Translations under genes and position numbers: made by a program
IMG/VR virus record: IMGVR_UViG_3300046675_000098
DNA length: 57,369 bases
Source of the DNA: an uncultured virus (IMG/VR IMGVR_UViG_3300046675_000098)
Lineage: Duplodnaviria; Heunggongvirae; Uroviricota; Caudoviricetes
Direction: 5' to 3' (one strand)
In this document: positions 7,998 through 17,491 of the stretch, piece by piece
Layout of the letters: the number at the start of each line of letters is the position of its first letter
Numbering within the stretch: position 1 is the first letter of the stretch
Notes under the pieces: generated by a model
The model's input: the letters and a program-made list of their open reading frames with translations, nothing else
Told to the model about the DNA's origin: nothing
The model's database searches: none

Positions 7998-10997
7998 ATG
8001 ATCAGGAGACTAGTCACAGTCGCCCTGCTCGCCATGGGGTTGGCGATGGTACCACTTGCCACCTCAGCGAGCGCGGCGCCACCATCCGTACCCGTTGGGT
8101 TCAAGGCCATCCAGTACGACGCTGGCATGTTCGAGTACGACCTCACGAACTTCATCGAGATCCCCGGGACCAACACCCTCATAGCCACCGGCAAGTCCGG
8201 CCGCATGACCCGTGTTGACATAACGGGTGACGGCATGGACCCCAGTGACGCCAACGTCACAGTGTTCCCTCAGGGCATGCCGACCTACTACCAGGGTGAC
8301 CGTGGACTCCTGGGCATCACCCTGGCGAGCGACTACGCCACGTCCAAGCACGTGTTCCTGCTGTGGGACTACTGCCAACAGCAGCCTGGTCACCCGGTGG
8401 CGTCAGACGACCAGCAGTGCATCCCCGATGGAGGCCTACCCACTGGTCGGCTCTCCCGCATGACGCTGACCGGCACCGCCACTGCTCCCACCGGGCTCGA
8501 CTTCACCAGCGAAGTCGTGCTGATGGACAACCTGCCCTCGTGGTCACCCACACCTGGCGCGCCGTGCACCGACAGCCACACCATCGGCTCCGTCATCTCA
8601 GACGGCGGGGGTGGTCTGTTCGTCGGCAACGGCGACGGCTCCGGCTACTGCGGTGTCGGGGATGCCGCGTCACTAGCCGCGCAGGACATCTTCTCGCCCC
8701 GAGGCAAGATCTTCCACATCAACGAAGACGGCACGCCCGTCGCCAACAACCCGTTCCTCACCGCCAAGATCGACGGTACCAACGACTACCCGATCCGGGA
8801 TGAGTATTGGGCGCAGCGGGTGTACGCCTACGGCTTCCGCAACCCGTTCCGCTTCTCGACGGCCCAACTCGATAGCCACGTTCCTGAGTTGGTCGTGGGT
8901 GACGTGGGCTGGAACACCACCGAAGAGGTGGACACCGTCACCGCTTTCGACGGCACCACCACTGGCGAGAACTTCGGGTGGCCCTGCCTGGAAGGCACTG
9001 GACCTGGCCCCTTCGCTGGCAACGCCAAGTGCGGTACCAACCTCGTAGCACCTAGTACCACGTGGGATCACAACAACCAGCAGTCAGCCGTCGTCGGCGG
9101 CGTAGTCGCACCGCGAGGGTGGGGCAGCCAAGCATTCATCTTCGGGGACTACGCCCGTGGTGACCTGTTCATCGGTGATCACTCCCATCCGTTTGGCGCG
9201 CTGGGCCAGTGGGGCTCGATCACCAGCATCCAGAAGTGCTTCCCCAACTCGGGCAGCATCGATGGTGACGTGTGCGTGTCCGACATCGGCAAGCCTGGTA
9301 CCGGCCCCGGCAAGATCACCCGCATCCATGCCACCGGTACCACCAACGCCAACCCGACCGTCAGCATCTCGGGCGCTCCACTCATCGGCCAAGCCCCAGT
9401 GAACGTGCAGTGGGCCACGCCCAACGCCATCGACCCGGACGGCAACATCGCCTCGTACTCGTGGAGCTTCGGGGACGGCACGCCACCGCTGACTGGTACC
9501 GGGCAGCCCACCGGCCTGAGCCACGTGTACACAACGCCAGGCTCCTACGTCGCCGTGCTCACGGTCACCGACAACGGCAACGCCACCGCCTCGGCTACAC
9601 AGACGGTAACGGTTGGCAACAACCCACCGGTCCTGACGGTGACCGGCCCGCCGAACAACACCTTCTTCAAGATCGGTGATCCGATCCACGTCATCGCATC
9701 AGCGACCGACAAGGACGGTGACGTGGTGGGCATCACGTACCAGCCGGTCATCCACCACTGCCCCACGCCTGGTGACTGCCACGTGCACCCCCAGGCCATC
9801 CAGGACAGCCCGAACCTGACGTTCCCGAGCCATGGTGACGACAGCCCGGACTACTACCTGGAAGTGGTGGTGCGAGCCACGGACGCTCGTGGTGCCGTGG
9901 TGCAGCAGTCGGTGAACTACCTCCTGTCGGCTGCCACGCCGCCTGAGGTGCCGCCTGTCGAGCCGCCGATCGTGCCGCCCACTCAGACGCTCAGGTTCAA
10001 TCCTCAGCCGCCTCAGCGGCTCGTGGACACCCGTACCGAATCCGCACCGATGCAAGCCGGTGCGGTCGAGTCGGTCAACCTCGGTGGCCACAAGGCAGCG
10101 ATGCTGACGGTCACCGCCACCCAGCCAGTAGCACCGGGCTACCTCACGGTGTACCCATGTGGTACCAACCCTGGCACCTCCACGGTGAACTACGACACCG
10201 GGCAGAACGTCAGCAACGTGGCCATCGTGAGCATCCCCGCCGATGGGTGGGTGTGCTTCGTGAGCAACCAGCAGACGGACATGGTGGTGGACCTGTCGGG
10301 GTACTTCGACCCGACCGGCCTGGGCTACCAGCCCATCAACCCGGTGCGGGTGTTCGACTCCCGGCCCAACGCCTTCGCGGCAGGGCATCAGATCGTGTTC
10401 AACCAGGCCGGAGTGCCTGAGGGCACCGCCGCCATGATGATGAACCTCACGGTGACGGAACCTCAGGCCGCTGGCTACCTACGGGCCTACCCCTGTGCCG
10501 CCGAGGACGGCACGTCCAACGTGAACTACGCAGCGGGCCAGACGATCGCCAACTTCGCGGCGGTGCAGTCACCGGGAGGCACGTTCTGCTTCCGGAGCTA
10601 CGCCAACACACAGGTGGTCGATGACCTGGCCGGGTACTTCCTCAACCAGGGCGGCAACAACCTCACGTCGGTCACCCCGACACGGCTGTTCGACACCCGC
10701 TCATCCGAGGGCTTCACCCGCCTGGCCGCAGGTCAGGAGCTTGCGGTGAACCTGGGCCTACCCACCGGCTCGACGGCTGCGGTGCTCAACATCACCGTCG
10801 CTGACCCGAGCGCCGATGGCTACGTGCAGGTGTACCCCTGCGGGGTGAACCCCACCACCAGTTCAGTCAACTACGTAGCCCACCAGGTGAGCGCCGCCAA
10901 CATGACGGTGGTCAAGATCCCGGCGAACGGTCAGGTGTGCTTCAAGAGCTTCGCCAACACCGATCTGATCGTTGACCTGTCAGGGTGGTTCAAGTAG
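7998..10997 (+). CDS. secreted glucose/sorbosone (PQQ-type) dehydrogenase-like beta-propeller with PKD/Ig domains and three C-terminal surface repeats
   Basis: signal peptide MIRRLVTVALLAMG...ASA; DRGLLGITL, GDG, RGKIFHI..DG...NPF, YAYGFRNPFRF, VGDVGW..EEVD, NFGWP; PKD motif DPDG..SYSWSFGDG; 3x PxRxxDTR...GYL.VYPC...VNY...DLxGYF. Confidence 0.88.
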   Translation: MIRRLVTVALLAMGLAMVPLATSASAAPPSVPVGFKAIQYDAGMFEYDLTNFIEIPGTNTLIATGKSGRMTRVDITGDGMDPSDANVTVFPQGMPTYYQGDRGLLGITLASDYATSKHVFLLWDYCQQQPGHPVASDDQQCIPDGGLPTGRLSRMTLTGTATAPTGLDFTSEVVLMDNLPSWSPTPGAPCTDSHTIGSVISDGGGGLFVGNGDGSGYCGVGDAASLAAQDIFSPRGKIFHINEDGTPVANNPFLTAKIDGTNDYPIRDEYWAQRVYAYGFRNPFRFSTAQLDSHVPELVVGDVGWNTTEEVDTVTAFDGTTTGENFGWPCLEGTGPGPFAGNAKCGTNLVAPSTTWDHNNQQSAVVGGVVAPRGWGSQAFIFGDYARGDLFIGDHSHPFGALGQWGSITSIQKCFPNSGSIDGDVCVSDIGKPGTGPGKITRIHATGTTNANPTVSISGAPLIGQAPVNVQWATPNAIDPDGNIASYSWSFGDGTPPLTGTGQPTGLSHVYTTPGSYVAVLTVTDNGNATASATQTVTVGNNPPVLTVTGPPNNTFFKIGDPIHVIASATDKDGDVVGITYQPVIHHCPTPGDCHVHPQAIQDSPNLTFPSHGDDSPDYYLEVVVRATDARGAVVQQSVNYLLSAATPPEVPPVEPPIVPPTQTLRFNPQPPQRLVDTRTESAPMQAGAVESVNLGGHKAAMLTVTATQPVAPGYLTVYPCGTNPGTSTVNYDTGQNVSNVAIVSIPADGWVCFVSNQQTDMVVDLSGYFDPTGLGYQPINPVRVFDSRPNAFAAGHQIVFNQAGVPEGTAAMMMNLTVTEPQAAGYLRAYPCAAEDGTSNVNYAAGQTIANFAAVQSPGGTFCFRSYANTQVVDDLAGYFLNQGGNNLTSVTPTRLFDTRSSEGFTRLAAGQELAVNLGLPTGSTAAVLNITVADPSADGYVQVYPCGVNPTTSSVNYVAHQVSAANMTVVKIPANGQVCFKSFANTDLIVDLSGWFK

Positions 10998-11032
10998 GAT
11001 CACCCGCAGGTGAGTGGTCAACTGTTGCGGTA

Positions 11033-11060
11033 GAAGAGCCCCCCGGAAGGGGGGCTCTTC
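11033..11060. terminator. hairpin between convergent genes (likely bidirectional terminator)
   Basis: GAAGAGCCCCCC-GGAA-GGGGGGCTCTTC. Confidence 0.8.
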
Positions 11061-11065
11061 ACATT

Positions 11066-11353
11066 TCAGGCGACGTCCTCGCCGCTTTCCAGCGCCTTCT
11101 TGTCGTCCTCGGTCGCGTAGGGCTGGCCCGTGATGGGGTCCAGTTCCCCCGCTGCCACACCCGCGGCCTGCTCGTTGAGAGCAGCGGTGGCTTCCTCCCC
11201 CGTAGGGGTCTCCTCGCCCTCGTGCTCCACGATCTTGGTCCCGTTCATGGGATCGTTCCACGGGTAGATGGGCACACCTGCGGGATACACGGCCCGGACA
11301 CCGTCCGGCTCGTACTCCTCTTCGGTGGCGGGCTCAGTCTCGATGTCTGACAT
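11066..11353 (-). CDS. small acidic hypothetical protein
   Basis: AAGGAAGGA ribosome-binding site upstream; Glu/Asp-rich 95 aa. Confidence 0.7.
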   Translation of the reverse strand: MSDIETEPATEEEYEPDGVRAVYPAGVPIYPWNDPMNGTKIVEHEGEETPTGEEATAALNEQAAGVAAGELDPITGQPYATEDDKKALESGEDVA

Positions 11354-11393
11354 GGGATGTCCTTCCTTGGGGTGGACCTGCGTCGCGCAGATA

Positions 11394-12971
11394 CTACGCC
11401 GCCTCCAGGAACGACCGTAGGCTCCCCAGTGTCAGTGTCAGTGCACCCTTGGCATCGATGTGCTGGCCGTCGATCCAGGCCTCGCTCACCATGCGCTTCT
11501 GAGTCAACATCTCTAGCTGCCGTTCCTCGATGGTGTTCTTGCCCAACATGGTGAGCACGTTGACCTGGCCCCACTGGCTGGACGTGCGGTCGATACGGGC
11601 CACACGCTGGGCAAACGCACCCGCCGACCACGGCAGATCATAGGAGATGAGGTAGTTCACCTGGGGCAGGTCGATGCCGTACTGACCGGCGTCCGACGAC
11701 AGCAGAACCCTCGTCTGGTGCTGGAACCGGTCCAGGCTCTCGGCGCGCTGACGGGCGCTCATGTCCCCGATCAGGAAGGTGCTGTGGATGCCGTGGTGAG
11801 CCAACGCCTTGGCAATCATCCGCAGCATGGGCTTGAAGTAGGCGAACAGCACCACCCGGTTGCTCCGGTCCTCCGTCAGGATCTCCTCGATCAACTCGAC
11901 CGCCGTGTCCAGCTTAGTTGAGTCAACTACTCCGTCCAACCACCCCTCGGCCTTGAGCCATGATGCGTACTTGGAACCTGTAGAAGTGTCGGTGTCATCG
12001 AAGTCGTCAGCACTCATCGCCAGGAGGCCCGGGTGATCACAGAGGAGACGCATGCAGGTCAGGCGGCTCATGATCTCGCCCTTACCCTTGCCGCCAGCCT
12101 CTTTCTCGGCGCGACCATACGCGGCCAGTACGTTCCACCCGCCCATGCCACCGGCAGCGATAATGGCGTCGATGACGTCCAGGATGTCGGTGCGGATGAA
12201 GTCGTAGAGGTCCATGACCTGCTTCGACAACTGAACCGGTACCTCCATGCTGTTGATCCGTGGGAGGTACGCCTCGACATCCTTGCGGGAACGCCGGAAC
12301 ATGACCGGCTCCATTGCGCGCTGGAGTACATCCATGTTGCGGTACTTGGTTGGCCGTCCGAAGTGGTCGCGCACGATGAAGGTGCGATCGAACTTGGGGA
12401 ACGAGGGAAGCACGGTGCGGTCAACGAACTCCATGATCGAGAACAGTTCCTCGGGACGGTTCTCGATCGGCTGGCCCGTCAGTGCGAAGCGGTAGGGACT
12501 GTGCTGCGACCACGCCTTGAGGACCCGGGACCGCTTGGCCCGGAATGACTTGATCATCGTGGCCTCGTCAGCGATGACGAACTGGGGCACCGGTATCCAG
12601 TGCCGGATCATCTCCAGGTCGTTGCGGAGGACGTCGTAGTTAGCCACGTTGTACCGGAATCGAAAGCTGTTCTGGTACTGAAAGCGCCGCTGAGCACGGT
12701 CCCCGTCGATGACCTGCACGTTGGGTCCCACGTGCTTTCGTATCTCACCCATCCACTGGAACTTGATGGAGTTGGGGCAGAGGACGAACCCGGACGTGAC
12801 CTCTCCCTGCGCTGCCAGTAGTTCAACTGCGGCCAGGGCCGTAACGGTCTTGCCTGCGCCCATCGTGAGGGCAAGGAGTTGGTTGCCCCTCTCGACCATG
12901 CGTGCGAGGGCTTCCGTCTGATAAGGGCGCGGCTCAAGGTTCAGAGACCATAGAGTCGAGTCCGCTTCCAT
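11394..12971 (-). CDS. SNF2/DEAD-like superfamily 2 helicase
   Basis: PYQ, MGAGKT, DEAT, LTGQP, GIDL, QRVARIDR; start MEADS at 12971. Confidence 0.9.
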   Translation of the reverse strand: MEADSTLWSLNLEPRPYQTEALARMVERGNQLLALTMGAGKTVTALAAVELLAAQGEVTSGFVLCPNSIKFQWMGEIRKHVGPNVQVIDGDRAQRRFQYQNSFRFRYNVANYDVLRNDLEMIRHWIPVPQFVIADEATMIKSFRAKRSRVLKAWSQHSPYRFALTGQPIENRPEELFSIMEFVDRTVLPSFPKFDRTFIVRDHFGRPTKYRNMDVLQRAMEPVMFRRSRKDVEAYLPRINSMEVPVQLSKQVMDLYDFIRTDILDVIDAIIAAGGMGGWNVLAAYGRAEKEAGGKGKGEIMSRLTCMRLLCDHPGLLAMSADDFDDTDTSTGSKYASWLKAEGWLDGVVDSTKLDTAVELIEEILTEDRSNRVVLFAYFKPMLRMIAKALAHHGIHSTFLIGDMSARQRAESLDRFQHQTRVLLSSDAGQYGIDLPQVNYLISYDLPWSAGAFAQRVARIDRTSSQWGQVNVLTMLGKNTIEERQLEMLTQKRMVSEAWIDGQHIDAKGALTLTLGSLRSFLEAA

Positions 12972-13867
12972 GCGTCGATGATCTCCTGGTCTGTCGAGTA
13001 GTCGCCGGGGTCCTTGACACGTCCCTCGTAGCGCCATGGTACTGCGCCGACGCGCTTCCGTAGTTGGAATAGAACCCTGTCAGTGGCCTTGGCCCCGGCT
13101 GGGTCGATCGCCGGGTTGTCGAGCGCCACGATGACCTCGGTGCAGTTGCGAGCCAGGATCTCGATCTGCTTGTTGGACACCTCGGCACCGAAGCTGGCTA
13201 CTGCCTCGATGCCGCACTGCCTGAGCCGTACCGCATCCAGTGGTGACTCAACTAACACCAGGCGGTCCCCCTCCACCAGGTGCATCCCGAACAGGGTCTC
13301 GGACTTCACCATGCCCTTGGGGTAGTTGAACACCGCTCCCTTCTGGCGCTGCTGCCAGCCGAGCAGCTTGCCCCGAGGCGTACGGATGGGGAGTATCCAG
13401 CACCGGTTGACCTTGTCGTAGCGCACGCCGAAGAGCGCCGCCATGTCGGCCGAGAGCTTGCGGAAGGCCAGCAGTGCCGCTGGCATGGGTGGGAACTGGT
13501 TGTACTGCCACTCCAAGATGCGCCGGTCATCAATGGCGTCGCGCTTGGCCTTGCCCAGGGCGCTGACCCCCGAGGCCAGTGACACGGCCTTGGCCTCCGT
13601 CACGATGTCCTGATCGACCGGCCCACCCGTGAGGTAGCTGGCGAGGACTTCGAGCGAGGGCACCCGCCAGTCACAGGAGTAGCAGTGGCCGACCAGCTTG
13701 GCCTGGTTGAAGTAGAAGGACGGCTTGCGGTCCTCAGAGCCCGTCCGTTCGGCGTGCGCTGGGCACCACGCCTGGATCTCGGCCCCGGCTACGCGGTTGA
13801 TGCGGAGTCCGATGCCCTCCAGGTAGGGGGTCAGATCAATAAGGGGAGTAGGTGTCGATGTCGTCAT
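12941..13867 (-). CDS. dnaG: DNA primase (CHC2 Zn finger plus TOPRIM)
   Basis: CPAH...CYSC, VESPLD, ALDN..D.AG, KDPG. Confidence 0.88.
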   Translation of the reverse strand: MTTSTPTPLIDLTPYLEGIGLRINRVAGAEIQAWCPAHAERTGSEDRKPSFYFNQAKLVGHCYSCDWRVPSLEVLASYLTGGPVDQDIVTEAKAVSLASGVSALGKAKRDAIDDRRILEWQYNQFPPMPAALLAFRKLSADMAALFGVRYDKVNRCWILPIRTPRGKLLGWQQRQKGAVFNYPKGMVKSETLFGMHLVEGDRLVLVESPLDAVRLRQCGIEAVASFGAEVSNKQIEILARNCTEVIVALDNPAIDPAGAKATDRVLFQLRKRVGAVPWRYEGRVKDPGDYSTDQEIIDAWKRTRLYGL

Positions 13868-15107
13868 AGTCTGCGTGGTCCTCCTCACCCACGACGACCT
13901 CCTCAACTAGCCCCGTCTCCAGGTTCCATGTGATGTCGAACTCCGAGCCTTGGGGGCCGCTGCGGTTGCCGTGGATTCGCATGGTTGCGATCGTTGGTTT
14001 GTCTTCTGTTGCCTCAACACCGATCAGCACCGATGCGTCCTGGCCGAACGCTGATGTGTAGCCGATGCCGTAAAGGCTGGTTCTGCCCTTCGACGTCTTG
14101 CCGTACAACTGCTGGGTCGAGCCCACTACGGCGATCTTCTGTCCCTTGGCCAGGCGCTTGAGCCCCCGGCTGATGTTGGTCAGCGGCTTGGTGTCAGTGC
14201 CGCCGATCTCCCCGGTGATGTCATCGGTCATGAGATATACACCATCGATGAACAGCACCGCTGGCTTCACGTCTTGCACTAGCGCCTGGAGGCTGGTCAC
14301 AGTAGAGTGCCCCGCCGCATCCTCGACGCCGACGAAGTTGGGCAGCGTCTCCCGGAGGTTCAACTGCCGCCGCATGGATAGCTCATGGGCAGGCGTGAGC
14401 CCCATCTTGTCGCGCACCATGGTGTAGGGCAGCTTGCCCCACAGTGTGGCCAGACGTTCAGTCAACTCATCGTTGGACATCTCGAACGTCACGAACGCCA
14501 CCGGGTAGCCAGCAGCATGCACGTTCGATGCCATGTGGAGCATGGTCCACGTCTTGCGGCTCTTGGCCAGACCCGAGAGCACGATGAACTGCTCCGGCCT
14601 GATACCACCTGTTGCTGAATCGAGCGACGGGATGCCGTAGCTGATGGACGGTGTCCCGGTGCCGTTCATCCACTCCGGGAAGCTGCGCTGGATCTTGTTC
14701 ACGAAGTTGACGTGCTTGACGCCCGACGTCTCGAAGTGGGCCTGGAGCACCGCCGTGCTCATGACCTGGAAGGCCTGGCCCCCTCGGTCTGGCCCTTCTT
14801 CGTTCAGCGTCGTCACGATCTCCTGCGCGGCATTGACCGCCAGTGCGTCGCGCCGACGCTGCGCCAACCCCTCGATCATGACGCTCAGGGGCTGCCCGTA
14901 GTCATCGATGGGGTAGCTGGGGTAGCTCGACCACAAGATGTCAGCCGTGGGGCAGACGTGGTGGGTCTGGTAGTGCTTGAGGGTCCAGTCCCAGATCTGC
15001 TGGTCCCGTTCCTCGGTGAAGAAGTCCCGCCTGACCCCGGCCTCGATCGCCTCACCCAGGTTCCCCGTGGTGAACACGGTGGAGAGCAGCCCGTTGCCGT
15101 AGTCCAT
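13836..15107 (-). CDS. dnaB: DnaB-like replicative helicase
   Basis: Walker A GLAKSRKT, FEMS, FIDGVYLM, ISRGLKRLA; start MDYGN coupled to the upstream stop. Confidence 0.85.
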   Translation of the reverse strand: MDYGNGLLSTVFTTGNLGEAIEAGVRRDFFTEERDQQIWDWTLKHYQTHHVCPTADILWSSYPSYPIDDYGQPLSVMIEGLAQRRRDALAVNAAQEIVTTLNEEGPDRGGQAFQVMSTAVLQAHFETSGVKHVNFVNKIQRSFPEWMNGTGTPSISYGIPSLDSATGGIRPEQFIVLSGLAKSRKTWTMLHMASNVHAAGYPVAFVTFEMSNDELTERLATLWGKLPYTMVRDKMGLTPAHELSMRRQLNLRETLPNFVGVEDAAGHSTVTSLQALVQDVKPAVLFIDGVYLMTDDITGEIGGTDTKPLTNISRGLKRLAKGQKIAVVGSTQQLYGKTSKGRTSLYGIGYTSAFGQDASVLIGVEATEDKPTIATMRIHGNRSGPQGSEFDITWNLETGLVEEVVVGEEDHADYDDIDTYSPY

Positions 15108-15385
15108 CAGAGCGGGCGCCAGACCAGGTAGGTGGTCAGCCTGTCGATAAGACGGTCTGAGTGGTGCCACTTCGGGTCCAGGCTGTTGACCGGCGCCCCC
15201 GTGAAGTCCGCTCTGTTCAGCAGACGCCCGAGACGCCTCTCCACACAGCCGATGCAGAGCATGCCCCCGTTGCGTTTCATGCCGATCGCTTCCCACAGAT
15301 CGTTGTGCAGGTTGTAGTACTCGCACGGGCCATCGAAGGGCACGGTGTCAACGCCGCAGTCTCGACAGTCGAAGCGCACCGCCAT
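15107..15385 (-). CDS. small Zn-finger protein
   Basis: CRDCG...LCIGCVERRLGR; TGATG coupling at both ends. Confidence 0.75.
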   Translation of the reverse strand: MAVRFDCRDCGVDTVPFDGPCEYYNLHNDLWEAIGMKRNGGMLCIGCVERRLGRLLNRADFTGAPVNSLDPKWHHSDRLIDRLTTYLVWRPL

Positions 15386-15807
15386 CAGAACTCCCCATCG
15401 AACTGGATCTGTTGACCCAACTGGCCGTAGTACAGCAGGCGCTCCGGGTCGGTGTCGATCACCCGGTGGATACCGTTGCGCCTCCACACCAGGGAGCGCT
15501 GGAACTGCACCAGATCGAAGTAGTGGACACCCGCTACCTCCACGTCGAAGTCGTTGAACCACTTGGCTGCTAGCTCAGCCACTTCCTCGCTGATGTAGGT
15601 GATGACCTCAACTGGTACCGAGTTGTAGCTGTAGCGCATGATGGTCTTCACGGTGGTGATGCCCCACTCCCACCCGGCAGCATCATCTGGTACCCATACC
15701 CGCTTGATGCCCTTGCGGTGGTACTGGCCGGTAACACGAGCCAGACAGTCCTCCAGTACCAACATGATCCTGGGCTTGTCCCAGGTGCCGAGATCACCAT
15801 CTTCCAT
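15385..15807 (-). CDS. conserved hypothetical protein (HAD-like fold possible)
   Basis: start MEDGDL; tiles within the replication operon. Confidence 0.65.
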   Translation of the reverse strand: MEDGDLGTWDKPRIMLVLEDCLARVTGQYHRKGIKRVWVPDDAAGWEWGITTVKTIMRYSYNSVPVEVITYISEEVAELAAKWFNDFDVEVAGVHYFDLVQFQRSLVWRRNGIHRVIDTDPERLLYYGQLGQQIQFDGEF

Positions 15808-16390
15808 GATCCGGCTCCAGTGGAGAGACGCGACGATCGATTCCGACGAGAGTGATGTACGTGAACTCATGAAGGAAGGACTCCAACGTGGCTGAGATGG
15901 GGACAGAGACGTTCATGGTGATGATCGTGGGCTTGGCCTCGTCCATGCGGTAGCGCAGGAAGGGCTCGATGATCTCCGGTGCCTCAGGAGTGCGGCCCAG
16001 ATCGTCCAGCACCACACAGGCAGCGCGCTGGAGGTAACTCAACGTGTCCAGGTCTTCCTCAGTGGGGTACCTCACGCGCAGCATGCGAGCCAGGTCACCA
16101 TCACGCACGAAGGCCGTCGAGAAGCCCTTGTCGTGGAGGTAGTTCAACATGGACGCAGCAAGCATCGTCTTGCCGGTGCCCGTCTCACCCACCAAGGCGA
16201 GACCGTGACCCCGCAGCGCCGTGTCGGTCGAGTCGATGAGGTAGCGACGGAACCCAGCGACCCACCCCTTGGCGATGTGCCACTCCTCGGGGTAGTCACG
16301 AGCGCCCACCTGAGCCCATACGGCTGGTGTGCAGGTTCCGAACCTTGCAGGAACAGGCCAGATCTTGTGTGCGTATGTCAGGTCGTACAC
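15794..16390 (-). CDS. DnaC/IstB-like AAA+ helicase loader
   Basis: GETGTGKT, VVLDDLG, TIITMN. Confidence 0.85.
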   Translation of the reverse strand: MYDLTYAHKIWPVPARFGTCTPAVWAQVGARDYPEEWHIAKGWVAGFRRYLIDSTDTALRGHGLALVGETGTGKTMLAASMLNYLHDKGFSTAFVRDGDLARMLRVRYPTEEDLDTLSYLQRAACVVLDDLGRTPEAPEIIEPFLRYRMDEAKPTIITMNVSVPISATLESFLHEFTYITLVGIDRRVSPLEPDHGRW

Positions 16391-16415
16391 CAGGCCTCCC
16401 TCCGGGGCCGAGAGA

Positions 16416-16934
16416 CTAGCTCACCTGGTCGTCTTCGCCAGTGATGTCGTCAGTGTCAGTGGCGTCCCCAGGCGAACGGCCCTGGAAGCGACGGTTATCC
16501 ACAACGATGTCCCCAGACATACGCACAGCCTGTCCCGCCCGCCGTCCTTCCATGGCCCGCTCTGCTGAGCGAAGGTACGAGCCGCGACGACGGAAGTACG
16601 CGTCCCAGCACGCGTTGTCCGGCCCGAGGTTGAGCGATGGGCTCTCGGAGCGGAAGAACATGAACGACGCCTTGATCACCTCCTCGCTGTGGGTGCCGAG
16701 GATGAACGTGATGTTCTTGTTCATGCGTGGTCGGTTGCTCCATCGTGGGACCGACAGCGGGATGGTGTCGCACTCCCGCCAGAACGTCTCTGCGATGCGA
16801 GTGACCAGACCAGAGTGTTGGGGAGCCCCGGGCTCACGCTTGGGCTTGGTCGAGTCCTCTCCCAGAGCGGGCTCGCTCCATGCACCTCGATCCCACGGGT
16901 CACCCTGTTGTCGCTTGGAGGGCTTCTTGGGCAC
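16416..16934 (-). CDS. putative replication initiator or loader partner
   Basis: first gene of the replication operon, directly upstream of the DnaC-like gene; TACCCT-N6-GTG leaderless start; function inferred from position only. Confidence 0.5.
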   Translation of the reverse strand: MPKKPSKRQQGDPWDRGAWSEPALGEDSTKPKREPGAPQHSGLVTRIAETFWRECDTIPLSVPRWSNRPRMNKNITFILGTHSEEVIKASFMFFRSESPSLNLGPDNACWDAYFRRRGSYLRSAERAMEGRRAGQAVRMSGDIVVDNRRFQGRSPGDATDTDDITGEDDQVS

Positions 16935-16957
16935 GGTGACAGGGTACCGAACATGCA

Positions 16958-16994
16958 GGAGGGGGCGGGGCCTCCTCAGACACCCGCCCCCTCC
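16958..16994. repeat. 12-bp inverted repeat upstream of the replication operon
   Basis: GGAGGGGGCGGG...CCCGCCCCCTCC. Confidence 0.7.
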
Positions 16995-17029
16995 ACCTCC
17001 TTGCCTTCACACGAGGAGGGACTGGCATC

Positions 17030-17058
17030 TTGACAGGCTCCCGAGACAGGTGCAACAT
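17030..17058 (+). promoter_or_regulatory. putative plus-strand promoter facing into the non-coding island
   Basis: TTGACA(17030-17035)-N17-CAACAT(17053-17058). Confidence 0.45.
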
Positions 17059-17269
17059 CCTGACCCGTAACTGCCTACTCTCCCGGAGGACCCAGGGCCA
17101 ACATCAGTCCTAGTCGGTTGGTACCAAGTCGGGCCGGAGCAAGCCATGGGTGGACACCTAGTAGTAATAAAGCAATAGAACCTCTTCCTAGTACTCATAC
17201 TGAAACAAGCATCGCCAGCCCGGCCCTTCCTCTCCCTCCCACTCAGGGCAGGCCTGCTCCTCGCCGGGA

Positions 17270-17412
17270 ACAGGAACCTTCGAGTGTGGACAGAGAGGGA
17301 GCCTCGACCGACCGCTCAGGTCTGTAGTTGTAGTGCGGCTCCCTCCAGGGGGCGCCGAACAGGACGGCACCCACACAGGAACGCCTCAACAGGAACACTC
17401 ACACAGGAACAC
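17270..17412 (+). repeat. ACAGGA(A)C direct repeats
   Basis: copies at 17270, 17359, 17375, 17389 and 17403 (last four spaced 16, 14 and 14 nt). Confidence 0.8.
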
Positions 17413-17441
17413 GCTGGAGTAGTAGGGGTCTTCTCAGCAAG

Positions 17442-17470
17442 GGCCAGGGGTCACACCCTGGCCTTTTGTT
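17442..17470 (+). terminator. intrinsic terminator
   Basis: GGCCAGGG-GTCACA-CCCTGGCC-TTTTGTT. Confidence 0.75.
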
Positions 17471-17491
17471 GTAGGCCACTGACACTGACAG

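Larger units (their letters stand above)
17065..17470 (+). ncRNA. candidate ~400-nt non-coding RNA (alternatively a replication origin)
   Basis: no credible ORF; bounded by a promoter and a U-tailed hairpin; internal GAGGGAGCC/GGCTCCCTC stem; ACAGGAAC repeats. Confidence 0.35.

Noticed and set aside
17359..17412. Mini-CRISPR array
   Set aside because: Repeat units of 7-8 nt with 6-9 nt gaps are far too short.
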